A DNA stretch of 25,626 nucleotides from Pseudobacteriovorax sp. (GCA_050293845.1 JBNKNM010000067.1:1-25626), one strand, 5' to 3'; shown: positions 1 to 8,181, counted from the stretch's first letter. The notes: generated by a model not told the origin, from the sequence alone. A program made the numbers and translations.

Positions 1-199
1 TTCTAGCTGCGAAGAAATTCCAGATAGCGCACCGAAAGGTGTGAAAGATCTTGGGGTAAGAGAGTGGGTGTGCAGCAGTTGTGGAGCGGTCCATGATCGT
101 GATGTAAATGCTGCAATGAACATTCTCCGATTCGGACGTGAATCGCTGGTGCCTAAAGTGGCCCAGGAATCCCCCACTATAGCCGCATCAGCGGTTTAG
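1..199 (+). CDS. tnpB: IS200/IS605-family RNA-guided nuclease TnpB, C-terminal fragment (5' truncated by window edge)
   Basis: Frame starting at nt 2 translates [65 protein letters not shown], containing the zinc-ribbon WxCxxCG and the RuvC-III HDRDxNAAxNI motif; TAG at 197-199. Not in the ORF track. Confidence 0.93.
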   Translation, partial: SSCEEIPDSAPKGVKDLGVREWVCSSCGAVHDRDVNAAMNILRFGRESLVPKVAQESPTIAASAV

Positions 200-216
200 T
201 GGCGGGAGGACGTCAA
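167..216 (+). mobile_element. Right end (RE) of the IS200/IS605 element; also the 3' part of the TnpB omega/reRNA scaffold
   Basis: GAAT (167-170) sits at the foot of an imperfect hairpin (CCACTA 174-179/TAGTGG 197-202, AGCCGC 181-186/GCGGTT 191-196, loop ATCA), followed by GAGGACG-TCAA (213-216). GAAT guide plus TCAA cleavage tetranucleotide is the IS608-type RE arrangement. Confidence 0.85.
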
Positions 217-805
217 AAGCTTCTTATATAATTCTATTTTGGAGGACACTGAGAACAAAATTAGTAGACTGGTTAACAAAGGAAATAGGGGGTCCGCTGA
301 GAGGCCTCTAACACTGGATATGCTAGAAAAGTCTCTATTTATTAACTTCTTGTACAGAGAGCCGGTTGACCACGAGATGACTTCAACAAATTATCTGAGA
401 GAAGATGAGATAAAAAACATGATCCATTTTTGTAACATACTAGATGAAGAGGCTTTGCACGCATGGAGTTCTGACGACCAGTCAAACTCTAGCCATTTGA
501 AACTTAGTAGAATGTTCCGTTCAAAATCAATAATGTCATGGGCCGAAATATTGAAAGGAGCAATATGTGCTAAATTAGATATGCATGACGAAGATGACCG
601 AATGAAACCATTTTACAGAAAGATCTCTGATGGCGATTTTGATAAAATTCGTCAAATTATTAGAAGGCTTGTTGACTATAAGCTTTGGGATTCGCCAGAT
701 AATTCTGAGATCGATCGGGTCCTCGCAGATAATAAAAGTGCTGTTAAAGACTATTTTAGATCAAATGGCCTGACTACCGGGTATTTATTGGGAGCTTCTG
801 AATAA
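217..805 (+). pseudogene. C-terminal part of a hypothetical protein interrupted by the IS605 insertion
   Basis: The frame of ORF 239..805 stays open and protein-like right up to the IS boundary (SFLYNSILEDTENK...). The TTG at 239 has no clear RBS. Family not recognised with confidence. Confidence 0.65.
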
Positions 806-1074
806 GACTATTTAGTCTACATAACAAGCATTTCTTTGTAGCTTTGATTTACCTGAAGAGAAGATGACTACTTGGGTTGGTAATTATCGATCCAGTCGCT
901 TCTGAAAAACAGATATGTCGAAAAAATCGATAGATGTCGATTTAGAATTTCTACCTACGCTTAAATTTTATATATAACTGTTTTTATTAAGATATTAGGA
1001 CAAAGAATATTGAATTTTCGCAAAAATGTAATTTTTAGGTCCCATTTTGATCTAATGTGACCTATAATTTACAA

Positions 1075-1659
1075 ATGAAAAGTTTGAACCTAATAAAATC
1101 AATGAATAAAGCCGCCTTCACCACTCAAGAGGCAAGAGAACTTGGCATATCACCAAGAACCCTAAATTATCTCTTGAAGAGTGGTCATATTGAGCGGGTG
1201 GCTCATGGGACTTACATCCTCAGCGATAGCTCCTCCATCGACTTTATAGATCTTATTAAGGAAGCCACGACAGCAGCAGGTAAGTGTATTATAGGCTACC
1301 ACACTGCTTTATACCTATTTGATGCTACGGACTCACCGCCCGAATATATTCATCTTATCACCCCCTATGGCAATACACCTAAAAAGAAACTCAACGATGT
1401 TAAGTTTCACCGTTCGAGAAAAGATCTCAGCCAATTCGATGTCACTAGCATAAACTCAATTCTAGTCACATCATTCGAGCAGACGATTATCAACCTATTA
1501 AATTCTAATGAACCTTTAGGGACAGTGTTGAACGCAATGAGAAGGTACAGACAATCCGGGCGTATATACCACTTGAATAAGCTGGTGACGATTGCGGCAA
1601 AATTTAGATGTAAACAAAAAACTAAGACACTCATAGAAGCTATCAACGATGAAAATTAA
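1075..1659 (+). CDS. abiEi: Type IV toxin-antitoxin antitoxin, AbiEi family
   Basis: N-terminal wHTH (FTTQEARELGISPRTLNYLLKSGHIERVAHGTY), GYHTALYLFD and VTSFEQTII segments typical of AbiEi; overlaps the start of the downstream nucleotidyltransferase. ATG at 1075 preferred over GTG at 1057. Confidence 0.85.
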   Translation: MKSLNLIKSMNKAAFTTQEARELGISPRTLNYLLKSGHIERVAHGTYILSDSSSIDFIDLIKEATTAAGKCIIGYHTALYLFDATDSPPEYIHLITPYGNTPKKKLNDVKFHRSRKDLSQFDVTSINSILVTSFEQTIINLLNSNEPLGTVLNAMRRYRQSGRIYHLNKLVTIAAKFRCKQKTKTLIEAINDEN

Positions 1660-2470
1660 CAGATTCGAACTAATTGCACAGGCAAAAAGACTCAAGCTAA
1701 CTATTCCTCAAATACAGCTACTATTGGCTCAAGAGCGTTTTATTGTCCGTATCCTTAACTGTAAAGATGGCAATAAACTGGTCTGGAAAGGCGGAAGTCT
1801 CATTCTCAGAGCCTACCAAAAGTTAGAAAAGCCACGATATACAGTGGATATCGATCTATTGGCTAAAGGGATACCCATACCAAAAGTTGATGATCTTTTT
1901 ATTCAGGCCTGCAGTATCAGCCTTGACGATGGCTTTGTCTTTGCAGATTTTACCAAGAGCCAAATGACACGGGAAACTCCCTACGGAGGAGACAGATACG
2001 AAATCAACTGGCTGTTTAACAAAAAGCCTGGGCCTCAAACCCTAAAAATAGACGTTTGCGCTGGGGATAAAGTGGAGACGCTCCAGGAAAGTTTTTCGTC
2101 AATCGCCATTTTCTCTTCTGAAGATCTATCAGTACAAATCTATCCACCGGAATTTATTTTTGCCGAAAAATTACAAGCCATCAGTAAGTTGAAAACTGGT
2201 AACACTAGGACCAAAGACATCGTCGATCTTTGGAATTTAGGAATGTCAGCAGATAAGAAAAAGGTATTCACTGCTATCCAAGACTGTTATCAGAATCGAA
2301 ATACCAGATTCGACTTGGAAGAAATTTTAAACGTTTTGGAGGATGAAACTTTTAGAAACTACCACAGCAGCCAAATTAAGAAAAAATTTGCAACCCATGG
2401 ATTGCCTGAATTCTCGAATTTGATCAGCGATATATCCTTGTATCTGAAAGAGATAGTAAATTCCAGATGA
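1649..2470 (+). CDS. abiEii: Type IV toxin-antitoxin nucleotidyltransferase toxin, AbiEii/AbiGii family
   Basis: WKGG...PRYTVDIDL (KGG, RxTxDxD), AEKL and TRxKDxxDL motifs; 11-nt overlap with the antitoxin gene. Confidence 0.88.
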   Translation: MKINRFELIAQAKRLKLTIPQIQLLLAQERFIVRILNCKDGNKLVWKGGSLILRAYQKLEKPRYTVDIDLLAKGIPIPKVDDLFIQACSISLDDGFVFADFTKSQMTRETPYGGDRYEINWLFNKKPGPQTLKIDVCAGDKVETLQESFSSIAIFSSEDLSVQIYPPEFIFAEKLQAISKLKTGNTRTKDIVDLWNLGMSADKKKVFTAIQDCYQNRNTRFDLEEILNVLEDETFRNYHSSQIKKKFATHGLPEFSNLISDISLYLKEIVNSR

Positions 2471-2637
2471 CTTCCCAAAAAGAAATAAGGCGCGTCTCCC
2501 CATATTCTAGCTACCTAAAACCAAAAAACGGAGAGGGAATTCGGAGGGGAAACAATAATAAATACTGCTAAATGATGCTCACAAACGCTTAAGGATAATA
2601 ACTCTATTTCTCAAAGGTTTCAGATATTTATCTATTA

Positions 2638-2650
2638 ATTCAAACAGTTA
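2638..2650 (+). promoter_or_regulatory. IHF-like binding site next to the putative att
   Basis: ATTCAAACAGTTA is one mismatch from WATCAANNNNTTR and is preceded by an AT-rich tract. Confidence 0.4.
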
Positions 2651-2669
2651 CAAAAACCGGCTTTGGGAT

Positions 2670-2692
2670 TTCGATTCCCGCCGTCTCCGCCA
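2670..2692 (+). other. tmRNA/tRNA 3'-end fragment; putative att site (island boundary)
   Basis: TTCGATT-CCCGC-CGTCTCC-G-CCA corresponds to T-loop, 3' T-stem, 3' acceptor strand and CCA, with no matching 5' half upstream. Confidence 0.72.
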
Positions 2693-2780
2693 TATTAGCT
2701 TCAAACGACTCATTTAAATAGAAAAAATCTAAGCAGTGTTTTTAGAGGGCTCTTTTATTTTTCTATTTTTGCACAAAATT

Positions 2781-2819
2781 CTCGCGCAATCTCGGTTTTT
2801 TAGAGCCGAGTCAAGCGAG
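2781..2819. mobile_element. Subterminal hairpin of a second, decayed IS200/IS605 element
   Basis: CTCGC(2781-85)/GCGAG(2815-19) and CTCGG(2791-95)/CCGAG(2806-10) form an imperfect stem-loop just beyond the tnpA stop. Confidence 0.65.
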
Positions 2820-2856
2820 TATATGTGAACCTGAGCGATGGTGAGCCTACCTTCTC

Positions 2857-3161
2857 TCATTTTCTCTTTTTACCTGTGAGTTCGAGTGATTTTCTAACTG
2901 CTTTCGGGTCTGGTGGTTCTCTTTGTTCTGCTATGTATTTCCTAACAACATCCAAGGATGCACCGCCACAAGAAACTAGGTAATAACTTGGTGACCACAG
3001 ATGTCAGCCCCGTAGCTTGCCTTTGATTTGCCGCCAGTATTCCTGATGAAGAAAGTATGACGACTTTCCTTTTAGCTTGCAACAAGATTCGATACAGCTA
3101 GCTTCGGAAGGCAGCATACCATAAGGTGTACATGATCATCCTCACCACCAAACTCGATTAG
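2857..3161 (-). pseudogene. tnpA: IS200/IS605 Y1 HUH transposase TnpA pseudogene (5' truncated, frameshifted, internal stop)
   Basis: Minus strand reads LIEFGGEDDHVHLMVCCLPKLAVSNLV, then after a frameshift near 3078 KLKGKSSYFLHQEYWRQIKGKLRG*HLWSPSYYLVSCGGASLDVVRKYIAEQ. This gives the HUH motif DHVHL, LKGxSS, LWSPSY and catalytic YIxxQ; internal TGA at 3004-3006. Confidence 0.9.
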
Positions 3162-3188
3162 AGGTTATTGTTCCTCTAAGTTCAGAAA

Positions 3189-3367
3189 AATCTTTCCGTT
3201 CCCCATGCTGCGACTACCATTTTTGGAATTGAAATGGTTCACGTGCTTTATCGTGATCAGATTGAAATCCCGGGACAGACTCCCCAAGAGCGCTTTATGG
3301 TACTCGCTGCATAACTGTGTCCACTGACGGCTATCTCTGTGGCTAAGCAAAACTTTGCGACGGAACC
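3189..3367 (+). mobile_element. IS6-family remnant: transposase C-terminus and right inverted repeat
   Basis: Plus strand HAATTIFGIEMVHVLYRDQIEIPGQTPQERFMVLAA* (stop 3312-3314) resembles the IS6 C-terminus. 3351-3367 reverse-complements to GGTTCCGTCGCAAAGTT, matching IS6/IS257-type IRs. Confidence 0.82.
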
Positions 3368-3417
3368 AATTAGATCCTACCTTTACTTCCCGTACCGAGC
3401 TCCAGTAGAAAAGGGCT

Positions 3418-4770
3418 TTAATGGCTATAAGGGGGCAACCACCAGGGATCTGACTTCGGCATCGGTGATGTCAGTGTACCGAGAAAAGCGATGATCTGCC
3501 TGATTTCCGTTTCATCGAGTTGTAGCGGTAGAATATCAAAGTGCGGCCGATTGGGTTGCTGAGCAGGATCATAAAACGGTGGTTGTGGACGATTATAATG
3601 GGACAAGACTTCGTCGAGAGTTGTAATTTGACCGGCCTGCATGTAGGGGGCCGTTGCGGTAATGTTGCGCAGGGACGGCGTTTTAAAGGCTCCTACTAAT
3701 TCTGATCCCTGGCGTTTCAAAAACCGCATTTCGTCACAATCTGATAATTTGGCATCACTCCACGGCGATAAGCAGGTGAATTCATCTTTTACTAGGGAGG
3801 CAACTCCCTCGAAACGGCCTAAGTCAACGTGATTTGGGTTTGGCTCGGGGGCACCGATATTATGAAATTCAAAGTTGGTGAACCAAGGGCCGTTGTGGCA
3901 GTTGACACAATTAGCCTTACCCATAAACAGGCGCAAGCCCATAACCTCCGTCTCGGTGAGGATCGTTTCTTGGGGGCGATTCGTGCCGGGCTTTTGATGA
4001 TCATCTCCTAGGGTCTCTACAAATCGATCAAAGCGAGCTAAGGGAAGCTGGAGCTGCCGTTGATAAGCCATCAGGGCCTTGCCGCTATTAGTAAAAATTC
4101 TATTGATGGTGTTGCGGTCGTCTTCAGACATTTTTAGCCACTGCTGGCGGCTTTCTTTGTCACCAAGGGGTGAAGCAGAGCCTGGTAATTTGGCAAAAAA
4201 ATCTTCGTGCGGTAGGGGACCAAACACGTTGAGGTAATCTACTGCATAGTAACGTACGATGTGGGCGGCAAGTTGCAGTCGAGTTATGCCATGCTCGGCA
4301 TTGTTTTCAATAGGCCCCAAGGCTTGGGACCACAAACTATCCTTACGACCATCCCAAAACAACCAAGGACTCCAGGCAGCACTCAAAATTGATGGTGCGT
4401 TGCGTCGGGTGGTGCCTAAAGCTTGAGATCGTGGCAGACCATCGGTAAAATACTTTTGCGGTTGATGGCAACTAGCACAGGACACCTTTCTATTGGCACT
4501 TAGGCGAGCATCGAAAAACAGTTTGTGACCAAGTTTTGCAGCTTGCAGGTTGTCGGCGAAGGCATTATCGGGTGCGGGGGGGAGTGCCGGCAGCGCAGCG
4601 AGCGAGAATTGCTTTAAAAAAATGCTGTCCGCCGGAGTGAAAGCAAAAGCATCTGACTTTGTTGTAGCTAAAGTTCTATGACCATAAAAAAGTATCAAGG
4701 CTAAAGCCAGATAAGATAAGGTTGACATAAATTCTAGCAGAGATCTAAAAAAATGAGTTCGCACTTGCAT
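3418..4770 (-). CDS. Di-heme cytochrome c peroxidase/MauG superfamily protein, exported
   Basis: LGHKLFFDARLS, CASCH, RRNAPS, FWDGR, CVNCH and FKTPSLRN...APYM motifs; N-terminal hydrophobic signal; ATG overlaps the upstream TAA. Confidence 0.9.
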   Translation of the reverse strand: MQVRTHFFRSLLEFMSTLSYLALALILFYGHRTLATTKSDAFAFTPADSIFLKQFSLAALPALPPAPDNAFADNLQAAKLGHKLFFDARLSANRKVSCASCHQPQKYFTDGLPRSQALGTTRRNAPSILSAAWSPWLFWDGRKDSLWSQALGPIENNAEHGITRLQLAAHIVRYYAVDYLNVFGPLPHEDFFAKLPGSASPLGDKESRQQWLKMSEDDRNTINRIFTNSGKALMAYQRQLQLPLARFDRFVETLGDDHQKPGTNRPQETILTETEVMGLRLFMGKANCVNCHNGPWFTNFEFHNIGAPEPNPNHVDLGRFEGVASLVKDEFTCLSPWSDAKLSDCDEMRFLKRQGSELVGAFKTPSLRNITATAPYMQAGQITTLDEVLSHYNRPQPPFYDPAQQPNRPHFDILPLQLDETEIRQIIAFLGTLTSPMPKSDPWWLPPYSH

Positions 4771-5900
4771 TAAAGCACCAAATTGAATGTGATTGTGTCT
4801 GTACCATCGGTTAAGCGGCTTGAATCCGCTAGCGCATTATTAGCTAACTTCCGACTCGTTTCCGGAGAGCGGCTATCAGGGGAAGAAACATGAAATTGCA
4901 TCACCCACCAACCTCTCATTTGAAATTTAAGCCCTTCGACCCGGTAAATACCAGGTTCGATTTCCTCACTGACCAAGGGCTGGGTGGGAAGACCGTGAAC
5001 ATGGCCTGGCATGTGACCTTCCAAAATAATTTTTGCACCTCTGACAGCATGACCGTCAAGGTCAGTAAGCAAAAGGAGCCATTGATGAATTTGATTTAAC
5101 GGTACTCTTGAGGTACTTTCCGAATCCTCCGCGTTAGTGGAGGCAGAAAGCACTTCAATATGGGAAATGTAGCGTTGGTCTCGGGATAGTTGAAAATTGC
5201 TGATGTTGAGATCAGGTGGAGCTTGTTGTGAACTCAGAGCTGCCACTTGCAACGACATTCCTTCCGTATTAGTGCTGGGACTTGTGGCTCCTTGGGATGA
5301 CTGGGGCATGTTCGGATGTACGCTGCGAATGCGAGCATTGTGGGCTAGATGACCTGTAACTGCATGCTCCGCCCTCAAAGGAGCATTGGTTTTAATCCAC
5401 CGCGACCATTTTTGAGAAGTGGCCCGCTCAAACAGCTCTATAGCCTGTAGCCGTGTTTTTGTAGCCTGGGCTCTTAGTGCCGCACCTCGTTGCTGCTGTT
5501 CTAGTAGGTCTTTTGTCAGCCTTGCAGCCTCTTTTATCAGTAGCTCTTTGGCTTCCTCCTTTTGCTGTTGCCGTTTTTGAGATTGTACCTGCTTGAGCTG
5601 CCGGCGTGTTTGGTTTGCTTGAAAAATAAGCTGCCGTGATTGACTCTGGAATTCATTACTTTGGGTGAGCAAAGACCGCGCTTGTTGCTGTGTCGCTACC
5701 GACTGCTGCATGCTGGTATTCCTCTTATGAAGAGCATCCGGGGCTGCGGTCGCATGAAAAGCCATCAGCAGGAGAGCAGTCAGCGTAATACTGCGCAGAC
5801 CGCTCCGCGTGACAGATATGTTCCATGCTGTCTTAAGGTTATTTCGTTTATTGAATTTCAACTGTATAATCCTCGGCTTCTCCATAAGTGAAACTTCCAC
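4770..5900 (-). CDS. Exported protein with Gln/Lys-rich coiled coil and C-terminal YtkA/FixH-like domain (start uncertain)
   Basis: Signal-like LTALLLMAFHATAA, long QQ-rich helical stretch, and C-terminal VPLNQIHQW...GHMPGHVHGLPTQP...GIYRVEGLKFQMRGWW...DTITFNLVL. The only upstream in-frame ATGs overlap the previous gene. Confidence 0.72.
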   Translation of the reverse strand: MEVSLMEKPRIIQLKFNKRNNLKTAWNISVTRSGLRSITLTALLLMAFHATAAPDALHKRNTSMQQSVATQQQARSLLTQSNEFQSQSRQLIFQANQTRRQLKQVQSQKRQQQKEEAKELLIKEAARLTKDLLEQQQRGAALRAQATKTRLQAIELFERATSQKWSRWIKTNAPLRAEHAVTGHLAHNARIRSVHPNMPQSSQGATSPSTNTEGMSLQVAALSSQQAPPDLNISNFQLSRDQRYISHIEVLSASTNAEDSESTSRVPLNQIHQWLLLLTDLDGHAVRGAKIILEGHMPGHVHGLPTQPLVSEEIEPGIYRVEGLKFQMRGWWVMQFHVSSPDSRSPETSRKLANNALADSSRLTDGTDTITFNLVL

Positions 5901-7617
5901 ATGCGGAAGGTGCTTCAGAGTAATTCATCACTACCCGCAACCGGGTTGTAATACCAGCAGCTGTGTTAGAAGCTGTGATACTTCCGGAAACTGGGGAGGA
6001 GGATGAACCATCGGAATTGAAGACACGTTCTGAGTCTTGGAACACTCTATCCTCGTTTAGGTCGATCCAAATAGCCCAGTGTTCGTTGTAAGTAGTGCTG
6101 CGAAAATCTGGAGTGAGCTTGATAGGTATGGTGGCACCGCTTGCGATGGGGATGATTTCGTCAGTGAAATCACTGTAATTTGACGAATCGCTAGTTTTTA
6201 CAAAGTCACCGACAGCTATCCCCTTGATCCATTCGTAGGAACTGTTCTGGCCCGCAGCCTCACAATAAGAGGGGGTGGGGTTGGAACCATCATTGTCGCC
6301 ATGATCCCCGTTTTTTATGGCATCCCAATCGGGTGCTAGCACGAAAAGACCATTACCAATATCGCTGACCACCACGTTGCCGCTTTCAAAATAAATGTAG
6401 CTGCTCCACATGCCAGAGAATTGTGCTGAGTTCGAGCCTGGAATGGTGTCGAAATATGCCACTTCCTGCATGGTCCCCGCGGCGATCTCCTCTGTAGAAA
6501 GAATGCGCAATCCAGCGCGATAATTGGTTTCAAATACGTATCCATCCCGGGTGTAGAGATTATGATCGATGGCACTATGCGGACCAACGTAACGACCCTT
6601 TTCCACGGGATTGCGCAGATCGCTGACGTCGAAAATATAGGAAGTTGTATTGTTGACACTGCCGGAGGATTCGTCCAATTCATCATTCACGACCAGAAAT
6701 GATTGGGTATCGTCGAGGAGCCATCCCTGGTGTGTATAACGGGATGAGGAGTAACCGGTGCGGGAGATTTGCACCGGGCTGCTTTTATTGGAGACATCGA
6801 CAATGGTAATGGTGTCTTCATTATATCCAAAACAGATTTCGCGATCTGAGTACCGGATATCGGGGCCGTTATACTTCACACATTGGGCATCATGGGTATA
6901 GCCATCGGCGGAAAAACAGCCAGCGTATGTGGCAGCCATGGGGTTAGAGATATCTATCATATATAAGCCGCCGCTACATTGATTGCTGCCGACCACATAA
7001 GCATAGCCAGTATCTTCATTGATAGCGATATTGTGGGCATTGCCAAAGCCACCGAAGTGAGCGGTTTCCGATAGCGTTGCTCCTGGGGTAACTTGTCGTA
7101 ACTGACTCAAGTCGTAGATTTGTAGGCCATGGGACTTGTTGCCGCTACCGTCTGCGACAATGAACGCATGATCATTATAAACCTTAATATCACGCCACGA
7201 TGAGCTTCCGTCGTGACTGTGTAAAAAACCCAGATGCACCGGATTTTCCGGGTCGGTGATATCAACAAACGCGGTACCATGGGTGCGACCGACAATAGCA
7301 ATCTCTTTACCTGTAAGCGGGTCTGTCCATCCCCAGATATCGTTGAGGTTTTGCGACCCTCCACCGAGATCAGCTTTGGGCACGTAAGCTTTGAGATCAA
7401 CTTTATTACACGGATAACCACTGGCAGTACCACTGCTACAGGTGGCGGTAGTACTTACCGCAACACCAGCTTCAGCTGCGTATACCGAGGGTGAGGGACC
7501 CTCATTGCTGTTATCGTATTTAAACGTGTCTGGAAACATAGCGCTGTGCCCCCAGCTAGCTGTGGGAGGCAGCAACATGATAAAGAATGTCAGAGCAGAT
7601 AGATTTGTGAGCTTCAT
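5848..7617 (-). CDS. Choice-of-anchor B family (LVIVD-repeat beta-propeller) protein with C-terminal GEVED domain
   Basis: NDIWGWTDP, SSWRDIKVY, AHNIAINEDTGYAY, YTHDAQCV, YTHQGWL, DELDE and AIDHNLY motifs; C-terminal WIDLNED...RLRVVM...GEAEDYTV; signal peptide; GGAG RBS. Confidence 0.88.
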   Translation of the reverse strand: MKLTNLSALTFFIMLLPPTASWGHSAMFPDTFKYDNSNEGPSPSVYAAEAGVAVSTTATCSSGTASGYPCNKVDLKAYVPKADLGGGSQNLNDIWGWTDPLTGKEIAIVGRTHGTAFVDITDPENPVHLGFLHSHDGSSSWRDIKVYNDHAFIVADGSGNKSHGLQIYDLSQLRQVTPGATLSETAHFGGFGNAHNIAINEDTGYAYVVGSNQCSGGLYMIDISNPMAATYAGCFSADGYTHDAQCVKYNGPDIRYSDREICFGYNEDTITIVDVSNKSSPVQISRTGYSSSRYTHQGWLLDDTQSFLVVNDELDESSGSVNNTTSYIFDVSDLRNPVEKGRYVGPHSAIDHNLYTRDGYVFETNYRAGLRILSTEEIAAGTMQEVAYFDTIPGSNSAQFSGMWSSYIYFESGNVVVSDIGNGLFVLAPDWDAIKNGDHGDNDGSNPTPSYCEAAGQNSSYEWIKGIAVGDFVKTSDSSNYSDFTDEIIPIASGATIPIKLTPDFRSTTYNEHWAIWIDLNEDRVFQDSERVFNSDGSSSSPVSGSITASNTAAGITTRLRVVMNYSEAPSACGSFTYGEAEDYTVEIQ

Positions 7618-7814
7618 TTAGTATCTCCAGGAAGCCCGGTCCTTTAGGGCCGGTAGGAACGGAGATGCCCGTCCGGCAAGGACAAACAAAAAGCAGTCTC
7701 CAGAAAATAAGAGGGAATCGCACCCTCAATAGACTTAAAGGAGAAGGCTAATATTTAGCCTTCGCACTAAGCCCTAAGTGGTAGTACATGACGTAAGTGT
7801 TGCAATACTAACTC

Positions 7815-7896
7815 CTATGTTACGACGTCCTCTCGAACAGTTAAAGAGGCTTTTTACGTCTATGGCACTGAGTCTTTCAACTCAGTTTAACAATAG
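7815..7896 (-). ncRNA. Candidate cis-regulatory three-way-junction RNA (GEMM-like topology, non-canonical)
   Basis: Minus strand: P1 CTATTGTTA/TAACATAG, P2 CTGAGTT-GAAA-GACTCAG, P3 GACGT..CCTCT/AGAGG-ACGTC; lies upstream of the choice-of-anchor B operon. Confidence 0.45.
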
Positions 7897-8167
7897 ACAC
7901 AGAGCAATGGACTTTGGTAATATCCGTAGCTTTGATATTTTATTTTATGTCGGCTAGCATACCGCATCACCCTTCTCTTGCTAATGGTCTGGCGGGCTAG
8001 TTGCCCTCGCAGGCCACTCTACGAGCCGATCCATTAGGGTCGAGTGATTGACGCAAATATTATTAATCTTGCATAAATAATTAAGACTTGAAAAAATTTT
8101 TCAAGATAATAATCAAAAAAAACAACTCCCATGTAGGATGGCAGCATACAATTGGGAATCAAGGTCG

Positions 8168-8181
8168 TTGATTAAAATCAA
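8168..8181. promoter_or_regulatory. FNR/CRP-family box
   Basis: Perfect TTGAT-TAAA-ATCAA (TTGAT-N4-ATCAA), extended by a flanking G/C pair. Confidence 0.5.

Noticed and set aside
197..240. TnpB fusion/readthrough or IStron, since tnpB and the downstream ORF share a frame
   Set aside because: A one-in-three coincidence; the element ends in TCAA rather than the terminal G a group I intron needs.
2661..2694. Complete tRNA gene
   Set aside because: Only the T-loop to CCA is present; no D arm, anticodon arm or 5' acceptor strand upstream.
3165..3350. 61-aa minus-strand ORF
   Set aside because: Antisense shadow of the IS6 remnant.
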